Assembly: GCA_963715865.1 (NCBI GenBank)
Contig: OY970280.1
Coordinates: forward strand, 1,600,001-1,664,000
Direction of reading: 5' to 3'
Source of the DNA: Candidatus Bathyarchaeota archaeon
Lineage (GTDB): Archaea; Thermoproteota; Bathyarchaeia; Bathyarchaeales; Bathycorpusculaceae
Length of the DNA: 64,000 nucleotides
Each line of letters starts with the position of its first letter. The first letter of the stretch is position 1. Below are positions 10,139-19,751 of the stretch, one piece after another. The position numbers and the translations under genes were made by a program. The notes under the pieces are model-generated. The model did no database searches, was not told the DNA's origin, and saw only the letters and a list, made by a program, of their open reading frames with translations.

Positions 10139-13012
10139 TCAAAACCGTTTACTCAACGCCTTGCGTTCAGCCTCCAAAACCAACTCGTAAAATCGGTCTG
10201 AAAGCTTAGGCTCCTTCTCCAGAACAGCCGCAATGTCCGCCGTTTGAACTCGCCGAGCGCTCAATGCCACTGCAGCCACTTTACCATACTTTTCAATCAA
10301 CTCAGCAGTCTGCTTAGCCTGCAACTGCATCTTTTCCTCGTCCTTAGCTAAACGTCCCTTCTTCTCAATCAACGGCAATGCCTTCTCCTCTTCCACCTTC
10401 AACATTCCAAGCGCAAAAGACCCGCATCTGGGACACTTAGGTTTATCAGGCAAATCTTTGATGCGAATCATCTCCATGTAATCCCAACAGTTAGTGCAAA
10501 CAAAATTGCCCGTTTCATTAAGTAATCGTGCTTTAGCTGCCGCGATAAGCACTGCACGCATTTTCTCAGGCGGAATAAGATCCGTTTTCATGCTTACCCG
10601 CTCAATGCCCACGCGAGCAACCGGAGTCGCGTTGCCGCCAGTCATAACCACCTGCAAGCCTACCTCACCGTCACTGAATCCGCTTAAGCACCATGACAAG
10701 CCCATCTGCGTCAAGGTCTTTAGAGAAAACCTCCTTCAAACCCTCCTCATAAATCGGCGTACCCTCAAAACTCGTAATCAACTTCTGAATGCTAACGTTG
10801 CTAAAGTCAGCCCACTTCTTTAATGCGCCAAAACGTCTGGCTACTTGTATTACTCGTCGCTTGAATAATCCAGTCTTTATAGTTGACCTTGTCAACGTAT
10901 CCTTAACCGCTTGCGCACTCATGCCTTTCAATTCATTAAAGACTTCAACCAGTCCCTCAGCACTCATACTGCCCATGGTCTGCACAAAAATACGGTAAGG
11001 ATCATGCTGAACCACCATGCCCCGCCCAAGCTTATCAGACAACACTTCCCCAAGCAACTGCGCTAAAGCACGATTAATTAGCGAACCAAAATTAGAGTGA
11101 ATAATAACAAATTCACCCCAATCCTCAACCACAATCCGCTTGGGAGTAGGAACCGCAAAGCCAGCGTTCACCTGCTCCACCGTCTCAGCCAACGCATGCA
11201 AAATCGTCTCCTTATCAGCCATGTAACGTTCAGAAAGCAAGGCACTGACCTCTTCAGGCGAAAGCCCGCTTCGCATTTTTTCCTCAACAAAACCGCGTAT
11301 TTCTGCCACTTCCTGCGCTATCTCGTATGGCACTGGAATTTCCTCGCCTATCCAGCTGGGAATTGAACCAGTCGGATCGTCAACTGGCCGCACGTAAACT
11401 TTGTCTTCCGTGGCATGGATTATTTGCCATGGGCTGCCTCGTAATGATGAATTTTGTTCCTGGCTTGCCGTACTCCGCCATGAACGCTTCATCTAAAACA
11501 CCAATCGAAGTGTCCGATGACTCGTCAATAACAAGGAACTGTTTCTCCTCAGGAATCATCGACAAATTATCAAAATAGTACTCAAACAAAGCCTTAGACC
11601 GCTGAGGCTTCAAAGCAACTTGATCCTCAAAGGACACCCAGGCTAAACGTGGAAAACGCTCATGCATATACTTGAGAAGCTTTTTCAACATCTTCCAAGG
11701 TTAAGTTTTCAAACGGTGCAGCATTGCGTGCTAACTCTAAAACATCGTTAAATTCTAATCGCCTGCTCTTAAGCAGTAGCCCAGCAATTTGATGAGCCAA
11801 AACGTCGTAGGGTTTATCTGGAATTTCAACGGGCTCCAACTCTTCTTTGAGGGCTCTGCGGGCAATAACTAAGGCTTCAAGCGTATCATCTGAATCCATG
11901 CCGATAATTACGCCTTCGGCCACATGCCCATAAGTGTGGCCTGCGCGTCCAACCCGCTGAATAAGCCTTGTAACTTGCCTTGGACTCATGTACTGAATAA
12001 CAAGGTCTATGCGTCCAACATCTATGCCTAATTCGAGACTGCTGGTAGCGATTAAACCCTTAAGTTCACCCCGCTTTAACCCCGTTTCCGCAGCTATTCG
12101 TGAGAGCTTAGCTAAAGAGCCATGGTGAATTGAGATTGGAAAATCGATGTCCCACACTTTAAATCTGGATGCTAAAACTTCCGAGATTGAACGCGTATTT
12201 GTAAATAAAAGAACAGATTTACGTTTGCTCATATAATCGCGAATAATTCGCAGTCTAGCCGCTACTTCTGGATGCGTGTAGATTTTCGCGGCAAACCTTA
12301 CATCTTCCTCACTTGGCTTAGGGTAGATTACTTGCAGCTTCACCATTTTGGCAACGGGAACACGGATGATTTCGACAGGACGCTTATTGCCGACGAGGAA
12401 CTGAGCGACTTTTTCTGGGCTGCCAATTGTAGCGGATAAACCGATCATTTGGAAGTCTTTGCCGATTAGGCTTCTGACACGTTCCAGTGCCAGAGACAGT
12501 TGGCTTCCGCGTTTGCTATCAGCTAACTCGTGTACTTCATCAATTATTACCCACCGTAAGCTTTGCAGGTGTTGACGTAAAATCCAGCCGGAAAGTATAG
12601 CTTGCAGGGTTTCAGGGGTTGTTATGAGGATGTCAGGTGGGCTTCGGGATTGACGGGTTCTCTCTTTTGTTTCGGTGTCACCATGCCTGACGGCGAGTTT
12701 TATGTCTAGGTTGTTGCACCACCACTGAAGCCGCTCAAGCAAGTCTCTGTTTAAAGCCCGCAATGGCGTAATGTACAATACTTTTATGCCTGGAGTTTTG
12801 GGTTCCTTAAGAAGCATGCTTAGCACGGGCAGGAAGGCGGCTTCTGTTTTGCCCGTGGCTGTAGGTGAAATTAACAGGACGTTTTTGCCGTCAAGAATTT
12901 TGGGGATTGTTTTTTCTTGAGGTTCAGTTGGTTTAGAGAATCCTTTCTGTTCAACGAGCCTTCGAACTGGCTTCACAAGCATTTCAAAAGCATTTTCAGA
13001 AGTTGCCTGCAA
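10139..13012 (-). pseudogene. lhr: Lhr-type DEAD/DEAH helicase broken into four reading frames by three +1 indels (~11683, ~11443, ~10677); assembly error or pseudogene
   Basis: PTATGKT, DEVH, SAT, HHGS, SSLELGIDVG, QRVGRAGH and C-terminal CxxC...CxxC; removing one base at each site joins ORFs 11660-13036, 11380-11691, 10671-11492 and 10139-10714. Confidence 0.85.
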
Positions 13013-13332
13013 TATAAAGTAAACCTCAAATGCCAAGATAAGCTAGGGATTCGGATATAAAAAATGTTAGGGAAGATTAACTAGGATTACAGGTTTTTTA
13101 AGGAAACTTTTTTAACTTTTGGTTCCTAATGGCTTGATTAATTATTGTTGTTTTGGCTAATATTCAAGCTTTTGTTAAACGCTTTCAACCATTTCCTTAA
13201 AGCAGTTCCAAGGGCATAGACAAAAATTTGTATAAACGCTACGTTAAAACGAAAAATATCTATTTGAAAGCTATGGAAAGTTTTTTATTCTATCAGCATA
13301 AACCATGGAAGCGGTGATATGGAGGAAATTTA

Positions 13333-13503
13333 ATGGCTAAATGTCCAAAATGCGGAACTGAAGTTTCAAAGCCGAAAAAGACGTGGAAGATGGCTGGTCG
13401 TCCAGATAAAGCTGGAAAACGAATGCAGCTGGAAATCGGACTCTACGAATGCCCAAAATGCGGCAAGGTATTCCGCGAAGTGTTAAGTAAAAAGAAAATC
13501 TAA
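13333..13503 (+). CDS. Cren7-like small chromatin protein with two CPKC motifs, 56 aa (MAKCPKCGTEVSKPKKTWKMAGRPDKAGKRMQLEIGLYECPKCGKVFREVLSKKKI); absent from the ORF track
   Basis: Hand-translated; GGAGG RBS; PxKxWxMA and IGLYxCPxCGKxFRxxL align by eye with Cren7 PEKVWALA and IGLFKDPETGKYFRHKL. Confidence 0.75.
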   Translation: MAKCPKCGTEVSKPKKTWKMAGRPDKAGKRMQLEIGLYECPKCGKVFREVLSKKKI

Positions 13504-13636
13504 AACAGTGCAACCAGAAACTTAAAACTGATTGCATCATCTTGCCTCTCTTATTTTTCTTTATTTTAAAACGGTAAGTTTTAAAAAGTAGGAACTCTTT
13601 ATGAACAGGAACCACTTCACCATTAGAGGCAAAAGT

Positions 13637-14309
13637 TTGATTGCTCTAAAAAAGTTATGGAAAAATGATTATTTCAAAACGGTAGTTGCCATCGTCTTGA
13701 TTGTTGTAATAGTTCTTGGCTTTTTCTTTGGCTTAGCAACTAGCGCTTAACACGCCTGATCCCGCGTTGACTGTGGAAAGCGGCAGCATGTGCATTCCTT
13801 ACGGTGCCAACGATAACTTCTGGTTAAGCTTAACCCACCCGTTTGACCGAACCCTGAGTATAGGCGACATCATAATCGTCCAAGGCATAGACCCCAAAGA
13901 CCTGAACACTAACTATCCAAACAGCGACATAATCGTCTTCCACAGCCCGAGCCCGTACTCAAGTGAATTAATTGTGCACCGCATAATAGGCACAGAAGAA
14001 GTTAACGGCACCACATATTACCTTACTAAAGGCGACGGAAACGGAAACCCATGGCCACAAACCCCACAGATAGGCTCGGGGACAGACCCGTGGGACAACA
14101 ACAACCCCCCAGGAGTCCCCCAAAACATGGTAGTAGGCAAAGTTGTTATGCGTATTCCATGGTTTGGATGGATAACACTTTTCATGAGGAATAACCAGTG
14201 GGGTTTACCATTGATTATTGCGCTTATAGTGTTGCTGGTGATTATCGAATTTATTATTCCTATGTTAAGAGAGAAGAAAAGACCTGAACAACAGAATGGA
14301 GTACAGTGA
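13637..14309 (+). CDS. sec11: Signal peptidase I (S26B/Sec11 type) with a +1 frameshift at ~13736 after the N-terminal TM helix
   Basis: VESGSM catalytic Ser, GDIIIV, IVHRI, TKGDGN; removing one base joins TM helix TVVAIVLIVVIVLGFFFGL to QLALNTPDPALTVESGSM. Confidence 0.85.
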
Positions 14310-14384
14310 CAGCCACAGATGTCTTTATAAAGTCAGCCTTTGATAAGAAATATTTAAGGGCGGTTAAAGCAAGAGGGGAAATGA

Positions 14385-14945
14385 TTGCCAAAAGTTAAAG
14401 CTACAATAAGCATCGAAAATGTGGTCGCTTCTGCAACGCTGAACCAGAAAGTTGACTTGAATGCTGTGGTTAAGGGTTATCCAGGTGTTGAATATCGCCC
14501 TGAACAGTTTCCAGGACTAGTTTTTAGATTAAAACGTCCCAAAACTGCGACTTTAATTTTCAGTTCTGGAAAAATGGTTTGCACTGGCGCTAAATCAGAG
14601 AAGGAAACTCGCAGAGCTGTCATGAAAGTGGTTAAGGAACTTAAAAAAGGCGGCATAATAATCATCAGCAAACCAGAATTAAAAATACAAAACATTGTTG
14701 CCTCAGGCGGCTTAGGCGGCATGATTGACTTAGAAAAGGCAGCTTACACGCTTGGTCACGCCATGTACGAACCTGAACAGTTCCCAGGCTTAATCTACAG
14801 GATGCAAGAGCCCAAAGTAGTGATTTTGCTCTTTGCAAGTGGAAAACTGGTTTGTACTGGAGCCAAAAAAGAACAAGACGTTTATGATGCTGTGGAAAAA
14901 TTGCATACGCTACTTGAAGAAACCAATTTGATATTTTACGATTAA
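14385..14945 (+). CDS. tbp: TATA-box-binding protein
   Basis: Two repeats of NVVAS/NIVAS, YxPEQFPGL, IFxSGKxVCTGAK. Confidence 0.98.
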   Translation: MPKVKATISIENVVASATLNQKVDLNAVVKGYPGVEYRPEQFPGLVFRLKRPKTATLIFSSGKMVCTGAKSEKETRRAVMKVVKELKKGGIIIISKPELKIQNIVASGGLGGMIDLEKAAYTLGHAMYEPEQFPGLIYRMQEPKVVILLFASGKLVCTGAKKEQDVYDAVEKLHTLLEETNLIFYD

Positions 14946-14957
14946 AAATTTAATTTT

Positions 14958-15587
14958 TCATTGTTTTTTGACTTGTTTCAGGATTGTTTTTCGGCTTTCT
15001 TGGTCTATGGCGCCTATTTCGTACAGTGTGTTTGCTATTTCGCTTATTTTCAGTAATGCGTGAAGGTTTATGTCGCTTTTTTCAAGTAGTTGTTTTCCGC
15101 CTTCTTCTCGGTCCAGAAAAGCGACGGCGGCTGTTACAACGCCACCTTCGGCTCTTACGGCTTCAGCGGCTTTTTTGAGGGTTAATCCGGTGGTGACTAA
15201 ATCGTCGATTAGTAGAACTTTGTCTCCTGATACAAGGATTCCTTCTACTCTTCTTTCTCTTCCGTGCAGTTTGATGCCTTTGCGCACGTACAGGAAGGGT
15301 TTTTTGAGGTTGTATGCGATTTGGGATGCAAAGGGGATTCCGGCAATTGGTACTCCCGCTATTCGGTCGAAGTTTTTTAGTCCGATTTGGTTGGCTATGT
15401 ATTCAGCGTAGAAGTCGCAGATTTCTCTGAATGCATCTGGGAAGCTTGGGATTACTCTTAGGTCTATGTAGTAGGGGCTTGCTTTTCCGCTTGTTAGCTT
15501 GAATACTCCGAATTTTACTGCGTCGATTTTGAAGAGTATGTTTGCCATTTTGTCTTTCTTTTCTTGGATGATTTGGTCTGTTTTCAA
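14958..15587 (-). CDS. pyrE: Orotate phosphoribosyltransferase
   Basis: FKLTSGKASPYYIDLR, RKxxKxHG, LIDDLVTTG; TTG start inferred after GGAAGTGA. Confidence 0.93.
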   Translation of the reverse strand: MKTDQIIQEKKDKMANILFKIDAVKFGVFKLTSGKASPYYIDLRVIPSFPDAFREICDFYAEYIANQIGLKNFDRIAGVPIAGIPFASQIAYNLKKPFLYVRKGIKLHGRERRVEGILVSGDKVLLIDDLVTTGLTLKKAAEAVRAEGGVVTAAVAFLDREEGGKQLLEKSDINLHALLKISEIANTLYEIGAIDQESRKTILKQVKKQ

Positions 15588-15592
15588 GTTTT

Positions 15593-16282
15593 TCACTTCC
15601 TTTTTGATACTTGGTAGATTTTGTTTTGTTCTGGAATCAAGCATGCAGTTCTTGGCAGTTCCTTTTTTATTATTTCAGCGAATTGAGTTTGGCTTGCTGT
15701 TGATGCTGTGTGGTATGGTACTGCGACTTGTGGCTTGGTTAATCGTGCTATTTCGAAGCCTGTTTGCGGTGTGGAGCCTGGAGCTATGCCAACTGTGCAG
15801 AAGACTACGTCGAATTTTTCTCTTTGCCCCATGGCTGCTAGTTCTGGGAAGGGTAAGCTGTCTGCTGTATGGTAGACTTTGACTTCGTCTTCGCTGGTTA
15901 TTATGTAGGTTACTGGGGCTTGTGCGGTGTGATTGCATTTTTCTGCTTTGACTGAGACTTCGCCGATTTTGATTTCTGCGCCGGGTTTTATTTCTTGGAG
16001 TTTTTCGGTGGGTATGGCGTGTTGGAGTTTTTTTGTTGAGGCTGAGTCAGCGATTATTGTGCAGTTTGTTGCTTTTTGGATTTCTGTTATTAATCGTGGG
16101 TCTAGGTGGTCGTAGTGTTCGTGGGTTATTAGGATTGCATCTACGTTTTGGAGGCTTTTGGGTTTGATGTCTACTGGGTCTATGGCAAGCGTTTTAGTGG
16201 GGGTTTTTAGGAGAATTCCAGCATACTGGTTGAACCATACGAAGAGTATGGTGTTTTTTTCCGGAGTTTTCTGGATGGACAT
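15593..16282 (-). CDS. MBL-fold metallo-hydrolase
   Basis: IDP, ITHEHYDH, YHTADS, VPYH. Confidence 0.85.
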   Translation of the reverse strand: MSIQKTPEKNTILFVWFNQYAGILLKTPTKTLAIDPVDIKPKSLQNVDAILITHEHYDHLDPRLITEIQKATNCTIIADSASTKKLQHAIPTEKLQEIKPGAEIKIGEVSVKAEKCNHTAQAPVTYIITSEDEVKVYHTADSLPFPELAAMGQREKFDVVFCTVGIAPGSTPQTGFEIARLTKPQVAVPYHTASTASQTQFAEIIKKELPRTACLIPEQNKIYQVSKRK

Positions 16283-16467
16283 TTACTTGATTCCTCACAC
16301 TATTATAATGATTAGCGTTTTAAAGAAGTTGCGTTACTAAATTGTTGCGCGCGTATTTGCGGAAAAAGTTATAACATCTATTGCCTTGCCATAAAAGAAG
16401 GAATTTGAGTAAATTTTGGATTTAAATGTAAAATGTATGAAAAATGAGCAAAGGCTCTATTGATTGT

Positions 16468-16620
16468 TTAACCGTTGCCTATAACAATCGTAATCTGGGA
16501 AGATACGCTGATAGTCTTGGCAATGTTGTATTTTGCCCATTCCAGCATGTCTTCTTTTTTGTTGTCGTGGGCGATGAGTGCGATTCTTTTTTTGTGCCTT
16601 ATCATAGCTATTTTTGCCAT
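16468..16620 (-). pseudogene. mgsA: N-terminal remnant of methylglyoxal synthase
   Basis: KKRIALIAHDNKKEDMLEWAKYN matches the MgsA N-terminus; similarity then stops, with no GTTG loop. Confidence 0.7.
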
Positions 16621-16765
16621 ACTTCTTGTTCCCCTGCTTAGCAGCATCATGAGTGGTTGGCTTATAATTGTTCCGCTGTACAACATTACGGTTGAAGTTT
16701 GGATTTGGGAATAAAGGTTATGTAGGTAATCATGCGACAGGGCATAATGGGGAAGAAGACCTGTT

Positions 16766-17393
16766 ATGGGGTCACTGAAAAGTTTAGCTCAAGGCTTTCT
16801 AGTCGCAACAGGGCTAATCTGGATATTCAACATAGCCGCGCTCTTCGAAGGCGGCGACGCTTGGCTAGGCTTAATGTACCTGTTCATCTTGCTGATTCCA
16901 GCCTCCAGCATAACGTATCTTAAGCTGAAAAACACAAACCCTAAAATTGTGCCTGAGACTTCGGAAAAATGGCGGAATTTGCTGTTTTCTTTTCAAGGCG
17001 TTGCTTTAGCATTTTGGATGTTTGATATTGTAACAACATTCTACGCCATTAACGTTACAGGTTTGGCTATAGAGTTGAATCCGCTCGGGTGGCCGCTTGG
17101 CATTTTAGGCGCATTCGCATTTTACGCGCCAACATTAGTTTTCTCGTATGTTTTGCTGTTTAAAATTAAAGAAACAGCTCTCTTTACGCTGCCATACCTT
17201 TGACGCTGGTAACGCTTGGCATGGGCATGATGAATTGGTCGCGGGAGCACAAAACTTCCAAGTGTTCGTTGACACCGCTGCTCTGGCAACGGGAATACGC
17301 TATGGACTGTTAGCGTTGATTGTTACGGTAAACTTGGCTGTTCCATTGGCCTTAAAAAGAATGGTAACTCAACCTAAAATCGTTTTGTCATGA
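16766..17393 (+). CDS. Multi-pass membrane protein with two -1 indels (~17173, ~17235)
   Basis: Hydrophobic helices; FDIVTTFYAI...IELNPLG motif; the missing helix LYAAIPLTLVTLGMGMMN lies in the third frame between the two listed ORFs. Confidence 0.65.
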
Positions 17394-17850
17394 CGTAGGC
17401 GTCTTCGCCATCAGAGTAGTACCCGTTTATGGTTCTGGTAACTTCAAAGCCAAGCTTCTTGTAGAGCGATACGCCCGCTTCGTTTGTTACTCTGACTTCT
17501 AAGAAGCATTGTTTAGCCTTGTAATATTGCATGCCTTCCAACGCCCTGTTGATTACTGCTTGAGCGACGCCTTTGCGCCTGTACTGTGGCAAAACCGCGA
17601 TGGATACGACATGTCCCTTTCTTATTAAGCCGCCGAACCCATAATTTGATAAGCCGACTTCGATGCGGCACATGATGTAGCCCGCGATTGCTCCGTTTTC
17701 TTCTGCCACAATGAAGGTTTCTGGAAAACGCTGGTGCAAGTCCATAAAGAAAAAGTCCGTGTAGTTTTCTGGTAGGCAGACGCGGTTGATTTGCATTACG
17801 CTTTGTAAGTCGTCGGGGGCAAATTTGCGGAGCTTGAAGGTTTGTTGCAT
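17374..17850 (-). CDS. ard1: N-terminal acetyltransferase (Ard1/RimI GNAT)
   Basis: CLPENY, GHVVSIAV..YRRKGVA, LEVRVTN, YYSDGEDAYVM. Confidence 0.92.
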   Translation of the reverse strand: MQQTFKLRKFAPDDLQSVMQINRVCLPENYTDFFFMDLHQRFPETFIVAEENGAIAGYIMCRIEVGLSNYGFGGLIRKGHVVSIAVLPQYRRKGVAQAVINRALEGMQYYKAKQCFLEVRVTNEAGVSLYKKLGFEVTRTINGYYSDGEDAYVMTKRF

Positions 17851-17945
17851 TATTTCGCCTTCTTAAACCAAATTTCACCGTTGTAACTTAAAGGTTGCGC
17901 TTTATGCTTCAATCCGTTGCTTTTGGCATGGAGTGGGCAGATTGT

Positions 17946-19229
17946 TTAAGTCTTTGTTTCTTCCGGCGCTTTGAAGATGGGCAAAGTGTAGCTGCCCTGA
18001 GGCATCGCCCAAACTCTTGAGGCTGAGCCAGCAATTTTCAACGCTTCACCCAACGCATCGTTTACTGCTCTCGCGGTTTTCAGTTTGAATATGCTGGTTG
18101 CATAGTAATCAGGCAGGGAAGAAACCAAGATTATCTGGTGGTTTTGCAGTGCTTTTAAGAGGTAATAGGCTTTGTGACCGCCCATAACAAAGTTGCGTTT
18201 AATTTCGCGTTCAACATTTTTCAAATCGCCCAAACGCGTCATCCAATCGTAGAACACTTGGTTCCCATGTCCTTCAGGACACTCGGCAACGAGGATTATT
18301 ACGCCTCCGCGTTTAACTGCGTCCAACGCGTTGTCCAGCGCTTTGTAAGCTTGGTACAGATTCATGTCCGCTGGATGGCCGCCTGCGCTTACGACTAAGA
18401 TGTCTGCTCGGCGGTCCACTGTTATGCGGTACATTTCGTCGACCAGTTTTACGGCTTCCATAAACGCCTGCTCCAAATCGCCAGCGAAGGCTTTTACGAT
18501 TTCGCCCTTCTTGTTCTCGACAACGTTTACGATGAAGTCTACTTTGGCTAATCTTGCCGCTTCAGTCATGTCCCGATGCACTGGGTTATCCTCTAAAATT
18601 CCTGTTCTGGCGTTGGCGTGCAGTAGCATGGCGTGGTTGTGCTTGATGGTTTCTTCGCCGCTGACAGCGGGCAAAACGCTTTTTCTTCCACCGCCATAAC
18701 CCGCATAATAGTGGAAGCCAACATCGCCCAAAAGCACTTTCACGTCTGCCTCAGCTAAAACGCGGTTAACATACACTTTGTTGCCATGCGTCTTAGTCGT
18801 GCCCACATAAACTAAGTCTGTGGCTCGGCAGTCATGACTGATTGTTTTTACGCGTTTAAGCGCTTCCGCACCAAGCAGTTCTGCGGCTTCTTCAGGCTTA
18901 ACTGCCCGGTGGGTTCCGCAGCCAAAAATAACCGTGACATTCTCATCTTTTACGCCAGCCAGATTCAGCTCGGCGAGCACTGGCAAAAGCATCACTTCAC
19001 TTGGCGCTTTGCGAGTAGCATCATCCACGACAATTGCGACTTTGCTTTCTGGCTTGGCAATTTCGCTTAAACGCTTAGAGCCGATGGGTTCTTTTAGGGC
19101 TCGCTCAACTTCAGCCTTAGCGTCCGATGCGCCTTGGCGCTCGCTGGGCTCGATTGTGCCGAGGAGGTTTCGGGCTGGAACTCTGACGCACACGTCGGTT
19201 TTTCCGTAGGGAAGCCAAACATCAACCAT
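17946..19229 (-). CDS. larA: Nickel-pincer-dependent lactate racemase family protein
   Basis: DDATR, GCGTHR, FHYYAGYGGGRKSVLP, KHNH, NLYQAYK: all LarA cofactor and catalytic positions recognisable. Confidence 0.92.
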   Translation of the reverse strand: MVDVWLPYGKTDVCVRVPARNLLGTIEPSERQGASDAKAEVERALKEPIGSKRLSEIAKPESKVAIVVDDATRKAPSEVMLLPVLAELNLAGVKDENVTVIFGCGTHRAVKPEEAAELLGAEALKRVKTISHDCRATDLVYVGTTKTHGNKVYVNRVLAEADVKVLLGDVGFHYYAGYGGGRKSVLPAVSGEETIKHNHAMLLHANARTGILEDNPVHRDMTEAARLAKVDFIVNVVENKKGEIVKAFAGDLEQAFMEAVKLVDEMYRITVDRRADILVVSAGGHPADMNLYQAYKALDNALDAVKRGGVIILVAECPEGHGNQVFYDWMTRLGDLKNVEREIKRNFVMGGHKAYYLLKALQNHQIILVSSLPDYYATSIFKLKTARAVNDALGEALKIAGSASRVWAMPQGSYTLPIFKAPEETKT

Positions 19230-19410
19230 GACAAGTCACGTTATAATTGAAATGTACACGACGTAAGAAACTATTAAGCCTTATCAAAACAGACACAAAA
19301 AGTGTAAGAACACTAATCCGCGGTAACTTCTCTTAGGCTTTAATCTAGAAATCAGACTTAATTTTAACGATTTTTTGTATAAGCCAAGTATCAGCTTTAA
19401 CATAAATTCT

Positions 19411-19539
19411 ATGTACGGAGCACCTTTTTACGCACTCCTTGGCACTATTGGTGCTGTTCTTCTGCTTGTTAGCATGTATGAATATATTTTTAAAAAAATT
19501 AGATTGCGCCACTTGGAAAGACCAAGCCATGTTTTCTAA
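19411..19539 (+). CDS. Putative 42-aa single-TM protein (MYGAPFYALLGTIGAVLLLVSMYEYIFKKIRLRHLERPSHVF)
   Basis: Hand-translated; hydrophobic stretch followed by a basic tail; TATA-like TTTGTATAAG about 30 bp upstream. Confidence 0.45.
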   Translation: MYGAPFYALLGTIGAVLLLVSMYEYIFKKIRLRHLERPSHVF

Positions 19540-19578
19540 AAAAAGACAATGAGGGATTGGTGACATCTTAGAGCATTA

Positions 19579-19683
19579 GGGTTTGCTGAGGCTCTGGAAC
19601 ATTTTTTAAGGAGAAAAGAAAAATGCAAATGCTTGACTATGACCTATTGCTTTTCGTGAATTTAACCAGAGCCTTCTCAGCCC
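19579..19683 (-). repeat. Bulged inverted-repeat element, copy 1
   Basis: Plus-strand arms GGGTTTGCTGAGGCTCTGG (19579-19597) and CCAGAGCCTTCTCAGCCC (19666-19683). Confidence 0.9.
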
Positions 19684-19714
19684 TTATTCTCTTCTCCAAT
19701 GCGTTTTTAAGACT

Positions 19715-19728
19715 AAAAAAGGGGGAAA
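19715..19728 (-). terminator. Pyrimidine/T-tract terminator-like motif after beta-propeller gene 1
   Basis: Minus strand TTTCCCCCTTTTTT about 25 bp after the stop; equivalent tracts at ~22672-22684 and ~51048-51062. Confidence 0.55.
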
Positions 19729-19751
19729 GTGATTTTTTTGTTTGCGAGTCG

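Noticed and set aside
10139-13012. Programmed ribosomal frameshifting in lhr
   Set aside because: Three separate +1 events without slippery heptamers or stimulatory structures; indel error or decay is more parsimonious
13037-13330. Replication origin in the AT-rich intergenic region
   Set aside because: No repeated ORB/mini-ORB motifs and no cdc6/orc1 nearby; explained by divergent promoters
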